Both the position numbers and the translations under genes were made by a program. The notes under the pieces were generated by a model. The model saw only the letters and a list, made by a program, of their open reading frames with translations. It was not told the origin of the DNA and did not search any database. Positions 21,801 through 33,849 of a stretch of 64,000 nt of DNA are shown here, one piece after another. Position 1 is the stretch's first letter, and each line of letters starts with the position of its first letter. This stretch comes from Eledone cirrhosa (lineage: Eukaryota), in NCBI GenBank assembly GCA_964016885.1, contig OZ024742.1, positions 268,212,001-268,276,000 on the forward strand. Direction: 5' to 3'.

Positions 21801-24667
21801 ACAGGGACCGAGTCAATAAGTTAGTTAAGCAAAAGTTGACAGGGGGGATCATCAACAACAGATGGTGGGTGGGTCTTAAAAGAGAGATTAGAGTAACTTC
21901 GATAGAGTTCAGCAAAGAACTAGCGTTAGAGAAAAATAGAAGGGGGGGGGGGGGCTGGTAGAAAAGTTAGACAACTGACGTGCGAGCGGCGAGAATGGCA
22001 TTAGACCATTTCTTCAACGCCAAACACGAAGGTTGCATTGTCAGAGCTAAGAAACGAGGGAACTAAACCTGTTCGATGGGCCCGCATGGCGGAGGCGCAG
22101 CGTGGTAATAAAACCACAATTCGGTCTTTGGCGGACCGAGACGGACACGAGATAAGCGATTCCAAGTGGTGTGTGAGGCCTTTCGCCAGCACTTTTCTCG
22201 GTTGTTCAAGGAGAGTGGCGAGTCAGAGAGAAGCGGATTTCAGTCCCTACCTTGACGGCTTGCCGCGCATTTCGACGGTCAACGCTGAGCGCTGCGAAAG
22301 GCCGATTACTTCAGCCGAAATTCAGGACGCCCTTGTCGGCTGCATGAGGCGCAAGTCACCCGGTTTGGATTGCCTGCCCTACGAGCTTTACGTAAATATG
22401 CCAGACTTGTTCTCCGAACTCCTGCAACTGGCAGCAGAATGGGGGTATTCCCAGTTCTGTGAGCAGGGGAGTGGTGACGCTGATAAGGAAAGACGAGAAC
22501 AAGAGGGATACATTAGACAACTTCAGGCCCATAACTCTGCTCAACACAGAGTTTAAGATTTTGGCCAAGGTGTTAGCAAAGAGATTGGCGCTCGTCGTCG
22601 AGGATTTGGTTGGGGAAGCGCAAACTTGCGCAATCCCAGCCAGGTCCATACACGACAATCTCCACCTCATGCGATACATCATAGAGAGGGTAGGGTGTAA
22701 ACCTGGTTTCGGTGGGGCACTGATCAACTTAGATCAATCGAAAGCATTCGATAGGGTCGACCATCGGTATCAGGAGTTTGTCCTCAAAGCATCTGGCTTC
22801 GACCCTGTCTTCAGAAGCTGGATCGCTGCAATGCACAGTGGCATACGCTCGCTGGTCAAGGTTAATGGCCAACTCTCGGAACCATTTTGGCTCTCCCGAT
22901 CGGTCCGTCAAGGGTGCCCTCTCTCTTCCCTTCTGTACGTGTCGAGTCTCGAGCCTTTATTGCGGAAGCTGGAGCTGTTGCAGGGCATCCCGCTCGAACC
23001 GGGACGTGGAAAGGCGGTGTCGGCTTATGCGTATGACATCACCGTGATGGTGTCGAACACCTCAGAAATCGAGGTGGCCGGCACCTTATTGAAGGAATAT
23101 GAAAGGTTGACAGGCGCCAAACTTAACCCCGAAAAGTCGGTGGGCTTGCAGCTCGGAACCTGGAGAGGCAAGCCCATGCCCTCTAACAGCGTCGTGGGGC
23201 GCTGGTCGGACGGACCGGTAAAGTTGCTCGGGCTTTGGTTCGGACCAGACCTCCAGGTGGAAAAGAATTGGGACGAGGTAACGAGCAGAGTAGCCAGTCT
23301 CACCCAAAAATGGGCTGGGAGGAAGCTATCACTGAAAGGTCGCGCGGAGGTGGCGAATGCGTACATCGCGTCCGTCATCTACTACCGCCTAACCGTCGTG
23401 CTTTGCCCCCGTCCGCGCCTCGTCAAGTTGGAACGGCTCCTCTTCAAATTCTTGTGGAGGGGACAAGTTCCGTTGGTGAGGCGGTCCATTTGCTGCCAGC
23501 ACCCTCTACGCGGAGGGCTGGACATGCCGTGGCTAATGATGCGCAGACATGCGTTGAGGCTGCGACATCTCCAGATATTCTGCCTCAATGGTGAACAGGT
23601 GTGGTCGCCGTTTATCAGACGGGCCTTTCCGCAGCTCATTTCTTTGACTGAGCTGCAGTCCTGGGTCAAGAAGAGACCGAGACTGGGTGACTGGCACCTG
23701 GAATGTTGCCAGGCACTCACTGCCCTCTACCAAGCGGGCAATGCGATCAGTGGATTTTCCACTCTCGAGTTCTATAGAGGATTAGTGGTGGGCAAGTGCG
23801 ATGACGCACTCGGAGAAGCTTTGGGCCTCGACGAAGTCGAACTGACTAGTCTGTACCGGAGGACTTTTGAGCCGTGACGATGGACAATTTCCAGAAATCC
23901 CTCGCTTGGCAGTGCTACCGGGGGTCACTGCCAGTTCGGGATAAACTCGACAGGCACAGAAGTGCTGTCAGACGGACCTGCCCAAGATGCGCACAGAACA
24001 ACGAAACCGTTCTGCATGCACTTGTCCAATGTCCGTGCATTACTGACTTGTGGAGTTATGTCGAACAGCTACTGTCGCTTGTGGAACGAATCCGGCTATC
24101 GGCCGAGTCCATAGTGAAGATCGAGCTGCCACCTTCCTTAGGTCAGGAAGAGCAGGAAATGTTCCTCTGTCTGGTGGCAGTTGCGAAAGAGATTATATGG
24201 TGGACTAAAGACAGACACTTTTCTCTTCGGCCAATCCCTCATCAACTTCTTCAAGTTTCACCTGGAAAGGAGGGTGTGGGTGGAGAGAGAAGTGCTGCAC
24301 CCCCCCCCCCAGTACATTTGCTAAAAGGTGGGTGAATGTGGCGAGAATGGCCCGTGTAAATGGGCCTACTCTGACCATGCGCCTATAGGCTGGCTAACTT
24401 GAGGAGAGGGGTGCTCTCCCTGGGTGCCCTAGAAGCGCAGGGTGGTTCAGGATTGGTGGGGTACCTGAATCACCCCAGGGTCGTCCACCCCCTATCGGGG
24501 AATTTATTTTGTTATATTTATGCATAGTTTATTTTATATTTTTATATTTTCATTGTTATATTAGTCATGCCATTCTGCACTTTTACTCGACCTTATTGTA
24601 AACCCCCACTGTCCCTGTCTTTTTATTGTCCCCTACATGTCAGCACTTGTGGCTAATAAATGAAATC
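18858..24667 (+). mobile_element. Full-length Tx1-B copy 2, frameshifted (inverted relative to copy 1)
   Basis: Same 5' end GGCCGCACATGTGTG; ORF1 pieces 19082-21043; ORF2 pieces 21073-24388; ends AATAAATGAAATC-ATTATTATT. Confidence 0.93.
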
Positions 24668-24679
24668 ATTATTATTTTT

Positions 24680-24782
24680 GCCGAGGTTAACTTTGCCTTT
24701 CATCCTTACGTGGTCGATAAAATAAAGTACCAGTAATACACTGGATAATTGCTGGCCTTGTGCCCAACGTAGAAACAATTAT
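24680..24782 (+). mobile_element. SINE 3' fragment followed by (ATT)n
   Basis: GCCGAGGTTAACTTTGCCTTTCATCC...GGCCTTGTGCCCAACGTAGAAACAATT. Confidence 0.85.
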
Positions 24783-24784
24783 TA

Positions 24785-24815
<31 letters not shown>

Positions 24816-25159
24816 CATATTTGCCTTTGATTTTGTTTTATGTGCAATGCCTGGCGAGTATCAACCAGATAATTATGGCATACATCATTGGTTTTGACAG
24901 TTTCGTTAGCTTTTTTTCTCTCGCTTCTTTTGCGTTTCCTTTTCCTTTTTTTTTTTCTTTGTTCCGTCCTCACATCCACTTAACTAGTAACATCCCAACA
25001 TTTGATAGTCAAATAATGTAGAGGTAGGGGGTTCTAAAAAAAACCTATTAAGGAGTATAAATGATATGAATTGATTTTGCATTAAGAATATTTGAATGGT
25101 TTTAAATATTAATTAAATTTGCTTCAAAAATAAACTGAAAAGATTGTGTCGACATATAT

Positions 25160-26800
25160 TACAGAGAGAAAAATAACGAAGTCCATGGTGGTAGTTGTTA
25201 GAACTATCTGTTGGATTTCATATATGTTAGGTTTACCATGTATGTTTTCTTGAAACTTATGATCACCTTACTTTATGTCACCTTGAGCTTCTATCACTAT
25301 TGGAATAGTTTATATTTTAAGGTGACACATTTTGTTTATCTTAATTTCTGGATCGTTATATTTAGCAAGTTTCTCATACTCTTTTTCTGACATATCTATC
25401 AGACGGCATAGATATGTCAATGTGTAAGCAGGTTTTGTTTATTTATTTATTTAATAACAATATCAGGGCGGTTTCAATGAATAGTGCTATCTGTGTGAAT
25501 GGTAAAGTGCCAAATTAATTTTGCTCCTTCAGTCTCGGTTACTGGTTATGGTTTTCTTTTCATACCAGTATTATGCCTATTCTGCATTGTATTTGCTGCA
25601 TATTATCCATAGGCCCAACCCTATTATTTACAATCATATATTCAGTCGGTGCTAGTGTTAGACATCCTGATTCTATATGGTCAATTGTTTCACGTATCCT
25701 GCATTTGTGGTCTGCTCCATTCCTGAAAATGTTTGCTCATAATTCCTAGTAAAGAGGCCCTGCTTCAGGTTAGCAAAATAAAACAGGTTTCATCATTTAA
25801 TCCCGAACATCATAGCCATTATGCTTGATCTATATCATTATGTTGGGCGCGAAATGGGAATTGGGCGTGTAAAGGCTTTTGTTGCCATCTACCCCTAAAA
25901 GTTTTTAGACCTTCTTGCTTTGACTTGTTTCTGTGAATTTTTTCTGCCTCAGTTGGAATTAGGTCAACTTCATTATTTGGGTTTATGTCATCAGTTTTTC
26001 GTTCTTTCTTGTACTTTCCTGTCTCATAGTTTTCTGAACGGGGTTGTTTTGTGTCTTTGTGTTCACTTACTAACAGTATTATGCATTGTTTGGTGCTCTG
26101 TAGGTACGTTTGTAAGACTATCGTGGCTATTTTATATGACAGTTGCTCTTGGATTAGTTCTCTTCACCCACTTGTCTTGGCAAATATATGCGTATGCGTT
26201 GGGTTGATGCATTTTGTTGGCCGTAATGAGATTTCGAAATTGGGAATCCATACTTTGAAGATCAGATAGGTTCTAATTGATAGATAGTAGAGCTAAGGTG
26301 TATATTGTCTTGAAACAATCTTTAGAAATTAGTCTTCAGGGTTCTTCTGTAATATTGTTTCCATATTTTCTCCTTCATTTGATTGTATTTAACTCCATCA
26401 CCTTCGTTTATGCCAAAATATTAATATATGGTTATATATGGTTATACATGGTTATATATGGTTATATAAGGTTGTATCTATATCGAGTTTAATAGATGAT
26501 GTATTTGTTAGCTTTCCTCTTTTAAACGTTTCTTTGGCACATTTGTCAAGCCGAAATTGCATGCCAATGTTATTGCGAAATTGCTTCAGATTCGATAAAA
26601 GACCTTTTAACTTTTAGTCGCTTTTTTGTCATCCATATTAAACAAATGGTTAAGGATCTTATTGGTGCTTTTCATTTTATACTCGTATCCCCTGTTGGTG
26701 AGTTGATTGTATATTAGAAAAAAAGCAAGGCAAATAAGAAGACCGAGGAAAGAGCCACCTTGGAATATTCCGCAATTAACTTTAATTTTATCTGACTTAA
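25160..26800 (-). mobile_element. Old degenerate R4/Dong-like element
   Basis: [26 protein letters not shown] (ORF 26607-26873) and terminal IYEIQQIVL on minus strand; many stops; boundaries approximate. Confidence 0.75.
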
Positions 26801-26877
26801 CACACACACACACACACACACATACACACACACACACACACACACATACACACACACACACATACATACACACATAT

Positions 26878-27022
<145 letters not shown>

Positions 27023-27234
27023 TACCAGATTAAAGTTTAAGCAAAGAATCGCTGCTTTCACCCTTTATGGGATCTTCTGAAACAGTTTCAGAACATCCCG
27101 ATAAGAGTAGCGATTCATTACTTAAACTGTAATCTGTTATTTTAATAAATCGTTGCTCTCAGGATCATATATATTTGATATATATTTATCCTTATCGAGC
27201 CCTCTTTGGAGTTTATTTTTCACATTTATCATTT

Positions 27235-27312
<78 letters not shown>

Positions 27313-27313
<1 letters not shown>

Positions 27314-27474
27314 GTAGGTCCCGGGTTGAGTCGGGGATAACCACAGTAAGTAAGGTACTCAATACATGGCAGAGTAAATTTTTTTTATTTTATAGAAGGA
27401 GCTTCTACAGGACGAGTACTATTTCATCTGAATGAAACAGTACTAGTCCTGTAGAAGCTCCTTCTATAAAATAA
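27313..27474. mobile_element. Small fold-back element between (TA)n tracts, carrying the 3' half of a hammerhead motif
   Basis: Arms 27385-27427 / 27432-27474; GAAACAG-tactagtc-CTGTA-GAAG homologous to the complete motif at 62566-62616. Confidence 0.7.
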
Positions 27475-27980
27475 CAAAAAAAAAAAAAATATATATATAT
27501 ATATATATAAAGATTTACATATACACAAACTAAACAAAGTCACAGATATATATGTGGCAACCATTCACGATGTGGCTCAATGAAGAATTTATAAATTAAA
27601 TAATCAGAGCAATATATCATAAAGTATGTCCATAGAATAATTTGATAAAATAAATACACCATTTCATCTCCCAATTAGCATAATTAACCACATAAAAAAT
27701 CTTTAAGACCACGCTATAAAGACTCTTATGAAGAAATGTTTGATAAATAAACGACAGCAGCCTCTTCGCGGCCGACCGCAATAGAATATTTACCCAACAT
27801 TTCAACAGTAGGGGCTGCTGTCGTTTATTTAACAAAAATTACTTCATAGGAGCCTTTATTCTTATAGCCTGGTCTAATTGATTTTTTATGTGGTCAATTA
27901 TGCTAATTGGGAGAGGAAATGGTCTATATATTTTATCAAATTATTCTATGGACATACTTTATGATATATTGCTCTGATTA

Positions 27981-28136
27981 ACGCCATGCTTTCCAGCATA
28001 GTTACGTCCCTTTACGATCTGAGTTCAAATCCCGCCGAGGTTGACTTTGCCTTTCATCCTTACGGGGTCGATAAAATAAAGTACCAGTAATGCACTGGGT
28101 AATTGCTGGCCTTGTGCCTAAAGTAGAAACAATTAT
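27981..28136 (+). mobile_element. 5'-truncated SINE inserted in one arm of the fold-back
   Basis: B-box GAGTTCAAATCCC, central domain and tail; absent from the opposite arm. Confidence 0.88.
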
Positions 28137-28412
28137 TTAATTTATTAATTCTTCATTGAGCCACATCGTGAATGTTTGCCACATATATATCTGTGACTTT
28201 GTTTAGTTTGTGTATATTTAAATCTTTATATTTAATAATGTCCCACTAGGTTGATGCAATTTGGGCAATATTGGGCTGCGCTTTCTAGCAACCAACCGTA
28301 AGCAACCAATCACATTCTTTCTAACTTGACCACTGCCACGTCACGATCCTTAGCCATTTTTGAATCTATTTCTGGCGGGGATCGCTTTGAAAAATTACCT
28401 GTCCTATGAGTT

Positions 28413-28494
28413 TGTCTCCTGATGAGTTCGACACTCGAGATTTTATCCTTAATTGGATACCTCAAAACGCGAACGAAAGCCCAGGGTAGGGACA
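28413..28494 (+). ncRNA. Type I hammerhead ribozyme motif with long stem II
   Basis: UGUCUC-CUGAUGA-GUUCG..CGAAC-GAAA-GCCCAGGG-UA-GGGACA: 6-bp stem I (one G-U), 5-bp stem II base, intact core, imperfect short stem III. Confidence 0.72.
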
Positions 28495-28777
28495 TAATCA
28501 TGGTAAGAGAGTACGCATTTCTTCTAACTTTAATGTTATACCTAATTGCGGATGGTTGACGGTATATTTAGTCAATTTCTACATGCTGTTGAAATGTGTA
28601 AATATTCGATTGTGGTCGGCCGCAAAGTGGCTGCTGTCGTTTATTTATCAAATATTTCTTCATAGGAGTCTTTCTTCTTATAGCCTGGTCTAATTGATTT
28701 TTTATGTGGTTAATTATGCTAATTGGGAGAGGAAATGGTGTATATATTTTATCAAATGATTCTATGAACTTACTTTA

Positions 28778-28829
<52 letters not shown>

Positions 28830-28921
28830 CTAATAATGGATTTGAAGACTAAAATCCAAAGAGGGCTGGGTAAGGATAAATATATATCAAATATATAAGA
28901 ACTGTAGAGCAAATATTTATA

Positions 28922-28988
<67 letters not shown>

Positions 28989-31884
28989 TATGAGTGTGTG
29001 TAGTATTATAAGTATATTTTCTGTAGTTGTTGGGGAGGATTTTGTGTGTAAATATTATATATACCTATATCTCATGAACTAAGATAGCTATTAAAAAGCT
29101 TTGTTTTAAATTTTGTTTAACTCTTTATATATGAGTAATTATGTTTCCCTCCTGGTGAGTTTATACTAGAGGCGGAACGGAAATTAGTGTAAACATAGGA
29201 AGGAGAGATAAATGTTAATGTAGATCTAGAGGACGATAATAAGAAGGAGTTTAAACAGTAGAATATTGGAGAAGTTTGAAAATGGGAGGAAAAGAAGATG
29301 GAACAGCTAGAATTGGCAATAGAAGAAAGGAATTGATAAATGCTAGTTAAATATAAAATGTGGTAGACAAAGAAAAAATGCAGCTATGTTAAACGATTAA
29401 GACTATGTCTTATATTACAATTCTTTAAATATGATTATGTTTCTTTCTAGCAGACGATCATGGTTATCTAATCGGACGCCGTTTGATTTCAACGAATACA
29501 AAACAATTTGAGTTCAGTAGAATTCATTTCTATATGAATCCTATTTGTACATTCTCTACTAACATATTCATTAACGTGGTTCCATTTCGTTCCACTTCTG
29601 AAATTCATTCTCACTTCCATCTATCTATCTATCCATCTATCTAATTCTCTCCATCTCTCTCTCTATATATATACGACTGAAACAGTTGTATTCCTGTAGT
29701 GGTCAGTTCTATATAAAACAAATATGTTTCTCCTTTAGTAACGTATCGAGTAACTGTTTTGGGAAATCATCGTTAATTATCTCCCCGTCGGATGGGGAGA
29801 CCTCCCACTCACTTTGGGGTTGGTGAGATATGTCTTCTCTTGTGAAAATAGGTATAGCTTTCATTAAGTCAAATCTCCCCATTTTGCCTCATTTCTTAGT
29901 GAGGAATCATTTTAGAAAGAATAAGCCCATATCTAGAAGTGTAAAGAACTATTAACTTAAAAAGCATTTGGAAAACTCGATATTTAAAATTTAAATGCAT
30001 GCGTCCAAACTAAAATATTAATTATCGAATCTAAATAATAATTGAAAAATAGCGTAAAATCCTATGAAGACGGAACAATCAGGCAGACGCGCCTAACCAG
30101 TAACATACATTAGCAGAAATGCTATTCTCTTGGAAAATATTCTCAGCTTTTAGAATAAATTCAACTAAACACTATGTTTTCTCAAACTTTGTCTGTTAAT
30201 TAAAACTAAAATGGTCTCGGCATGAAAAATATATAACAGATCTTACACTCCCTGATACTAGTTGTTTAGATTGACAAATTTATGAAAAAAAAATACTTGT
30301 CGCAATCGGAATTATTATATCTTTGTTGATTCATATCAACGCAATAGGTTAAGTTCACTAAGAATAAGATCCTAAAATATTAAATCATCATACATCAATG
30401 ATACGAGGTTAGATTTCAATTAGACGTTACGACAGCATAAATAATGGCATGGAGTTACATTATCAGGTAAATCTAATTTATTCTGAAATAAATATAATTA
30501 TTTCATCAAATAAATATTGCTGCTATTCTTAAATGGAACTATCTCCATTTCATTTATCTTCTAACACAATCGTGAAGTGATCACATTTAATTGACAAGTC
30601 AATATATTTCTTAAATGATGTTGTTTGGTATAAATTCATGAACCAATTTGATCTGATTCGCATCAACTTAATTGTTTTACAAATTACAAAATCAGATTTC
30701 CAACATAATATATTGAACAGTTTGATATGTTTGCATGTTAAACGTTGTACTTATACAGTCTTCGTTCTATAAGGTGACAATTAGTAAATCAATGCATTCA
30801 TTTGATTTACTAATTGTCAAACATAAGTGGAGAAATTCTATAGTTAATATAATTAACTGTCGATGGTATGAGACGAAAAAAAGCAAATTCGTAGTAAACC
30901 ACACCAGATTACAAAACATGAACACTGCATTAAATATTATGTGTATACTCGTCATGCATTTCTCATCAATAATACTTCAAACGATGCCCGCTTAAAATCT
31001 CAATAAAATTTCCAAAGATGCAATCGAATATCATATGAATTAATTTTTATTTATCTTTTATATATTAGGAAGAACAGCACCCATAACTATTTTCAGTTTC
31101 TCCGAAACTATTAGCAAGAAAGAAAGTAGGTATCTTCTAGATACGAAGGCGCAAAAATGCATTCATCTAAGTAGTAGACCTCGATATACTGAACCAAGGA
31201 GATCACATACATTTCTACTCAAGACAAGTAATGATGGGAATGTCCCCCGATTGTGCTTTCGTCATATTTCCAAATATACTTTATCCAGTAACCACACATC
31301 TCCCTGTTTCTTCTAGAATCTTTATAATTTTGTTGTTGTGATCTGTTCTCTCTTTCTCCCTATCTATTTCGTTGCTATCAACTCTTTCCCTTTCTTTCTC
31401 TCCCTCCCTCCCCCTCTGTCTCTCCCTCTCCCTCACTTTTACTGTCCTTCTCTGCCAGCTACCCTGCTGCTTCCACTTTTTCTCTCGCCTCTGCCTACTT
31501 TTCGTCTACTCTTGCAGTGGTCAGACTTGTTTTCTTCGCTCTCTCTATTCACCGTCAACACAACCTCGGTCTTATGTCCATCAGCTGCTTTTGATTTCTC
31601 TCCCCCTCTCTCTCTCCGGTTGCTCATGTACATACATGTGATTTTCGTGTTTTTTTTTTCGGTATGTTCTCTGTGTTTTGTTTTCCTATTTTTTCTTTCT
31701 TTTTTCTCTTCCGTTATATACTTTTTCCCCCTCTCTTCTTCCCCCCACCTCCAATAATTTCATATAGTTATTGACGCACTGGAGCTAGACATATAGTCTT
31801 TAAAGCGTAGAAATATCCGTGACCTCCAGCAGACAACTGATGATGTGAATATCCCCCTTTTGTTCTTTCCTCTTATATATATAT

Positions 31885-32188
31885 GTTAGAATTGGTGCTC
31901 TGAAATAGCGATATATATATATGAATGTATATATAGTGTATTTTGCAATACACTGTATGCTTAATTAAAAGCATTTCGAAGACCTTACGCCATTGTTTTA
32001 GAGTAGTGACATTCTCACTTACTTTAATTTTCAGCAAACAGGGGAGATGTCTCCCCTGTTTGCTGAAAATTAAAGTAAGTGAGAATGTCACTACTCTAAA
32101 ACAATAGCGTAAGGTCTTCGAAATGCTTTTAATTAAGCATACAGTGTATTGCAAAATACACTATATATACATTCATATATATATATAT
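31885..32188. repeat. Near-perfect palindrome, arms about 140 bp, centre 32048-32049
   Basis: AACAGGGGAGA-TG-TCTCCCCTGTT at the centre; very few mismatches; TA-flanked; related to 53810-54470. Confidence 0.92.
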
Positions 32189-32645
32189 AATATGCATCTG
32201 TGTGTGTGTGTGTGAGGATGTATGCATGTATATGTATGTACATGTAAAATTTCAACGCGTGACAGAGTGTGTGTGCGTAGGCATTTTATACATGTGTGTC
32301 TATGTGTGTGATCGTGTCTACGTACATATACTTTTTATTTCTTTATTTATATCTGTTAATTTTATTTTTGTTTTTGTTTATGACGGTCTTTTCTTGTAAT
32401 GTTCAGGATAGGTGCATCCTTCAAATCCTAGTCCCATGTTTGGTCATTCTCTATGCTTGTTTGTGCTTCTGCCGTTTATTCCACAGACGTGTTGTGATAT
32501 TTGTTGTGTTAACACCGGTCTGAGGATCATGCAGTCGTGGAGTCTATTCTGGGGTGCTATCTCAAATCACGAACAAGCTGCTTGATAAATGTTTGTAACC
32601 AGGATTGTACAATAAATTTCCTATGTAACATCTCCACTTTGTTTT

Positions 32646-32703
<58 letters not shown>

Positions 32704-32705
32704 AA

Positions 32706-33150
32706 TGTATGTTTTTAGAATATTAATAATAACATTCGATTCATTTGCAATTATGCAAACAAGCCTCAATTTTATAGCCATGTCAGTAGAATGAACACTT
32801 CATTCCTGCTCTTGTGTTGGCAAATATGGCTAATCACTGGATCTGCTAATATGCAGATCTGACTGATCAGCCAGTCTGCTAATATGAAAATCAGGCCGAT
32901 CAGTCACTGTGTATTTTTGAAAATAGCATATATTTTCAATAGCTCTGACAATTTGGCAGGTGAACAGTGAGCTGTAGTGATGAAGGTTGATACCCAGAAG
33001 CTTTAGTGTCTTCAGTTCTGGTCGCATGCCACCATAAGGGCCAGAATGAAGTGTTCATTCTACTGACATGGCTATAAAATTGAGGCTTGTTTGCATAATT
33101 GCAAACGAATCTAATGTTATAATTAATATTCGAAAAACTCAGATTACATT
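32706..33150. repeat. Fold-back element with diverged arms of about 100 bp between (TA)n tracts
   Basis: About 32706-32803 is the reverse complement of about 33046-33148; related pieces at 41620-41722 and 52200-52450. Confidence 0.78.
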
Positions 33151-33254
33151 TATTGTATTCAGCCATGTAGAGCAAAATTCTCTTTATATATATATATCTA
33201 TCTCTATATCTCTCTCTCTATATATATATATATCTATCTATATATATCTATATA

Positions 33255-33319
<65 letters not shown>

Positions 33320-33325
<6 letters not shown>

Positions 33326-33584
33326 ATACTTTGGGAGGGTCATGTTGCCAATAAGAAACACACGCACCAGCTGCTTTCACTTCAATTTATTATATATTTA
33401 TAAATTTACAAACCAGAAATTTATAAATTTATAAATTTGTAAATTTATAAATATATAATAAATTGAAGTGAAAGTAACTGGTGCGTGTGTTTCTTATTGG
33501 CAACATGACCCTCCCAAAGTATAACAATATCGGTTTCAACACACGATTTCAGATAAAGAATCTTGCTAAACAAATTCAGAAACG

Positions 33585-33588
<4 letters not shown>
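33320..33588. mobile_element. Short fold-back element of the GTTATACTTTGGGAGGGTC family, with single-copy tail
   Basis: Arms about 33320-33410 / 33438-33529; tail 33531-33588 nearly identical to 49133-49190; (TA)n on both sides. Confidence 0.85.
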
Positions 33589-33648
<60 letters not shown>

Positions 33649-33849
33649 CAAAGGAATTGTGGTAAGGAACCAGATGGACCATAACGCACCAGAGTAGTCA
33701 ATCCTTTGGGTAGTAGAGTGTCCAGAAATAGCCGTCGAAACGGCTTGAGCTCTGCCGTCGGGGTCACACTTTTTCCTATATATATATATATATTGGTAGG
33801 AAAGTCTCCGATCAGCTACACAGCAAAATTCCTTTACACTCTAGGCGGG

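Larger units (their letters stand above)
27506..28781. mobile_element. Composite inverted + tandem repeat element (Penelope pLTR-like) between (TA)n tracts
   Basis: About 27506-27780 is inverted at about 27820-28230 and partly repeated again at about 28590-28781; hammerhead motif between the direct copies. Confidence 0.7.
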
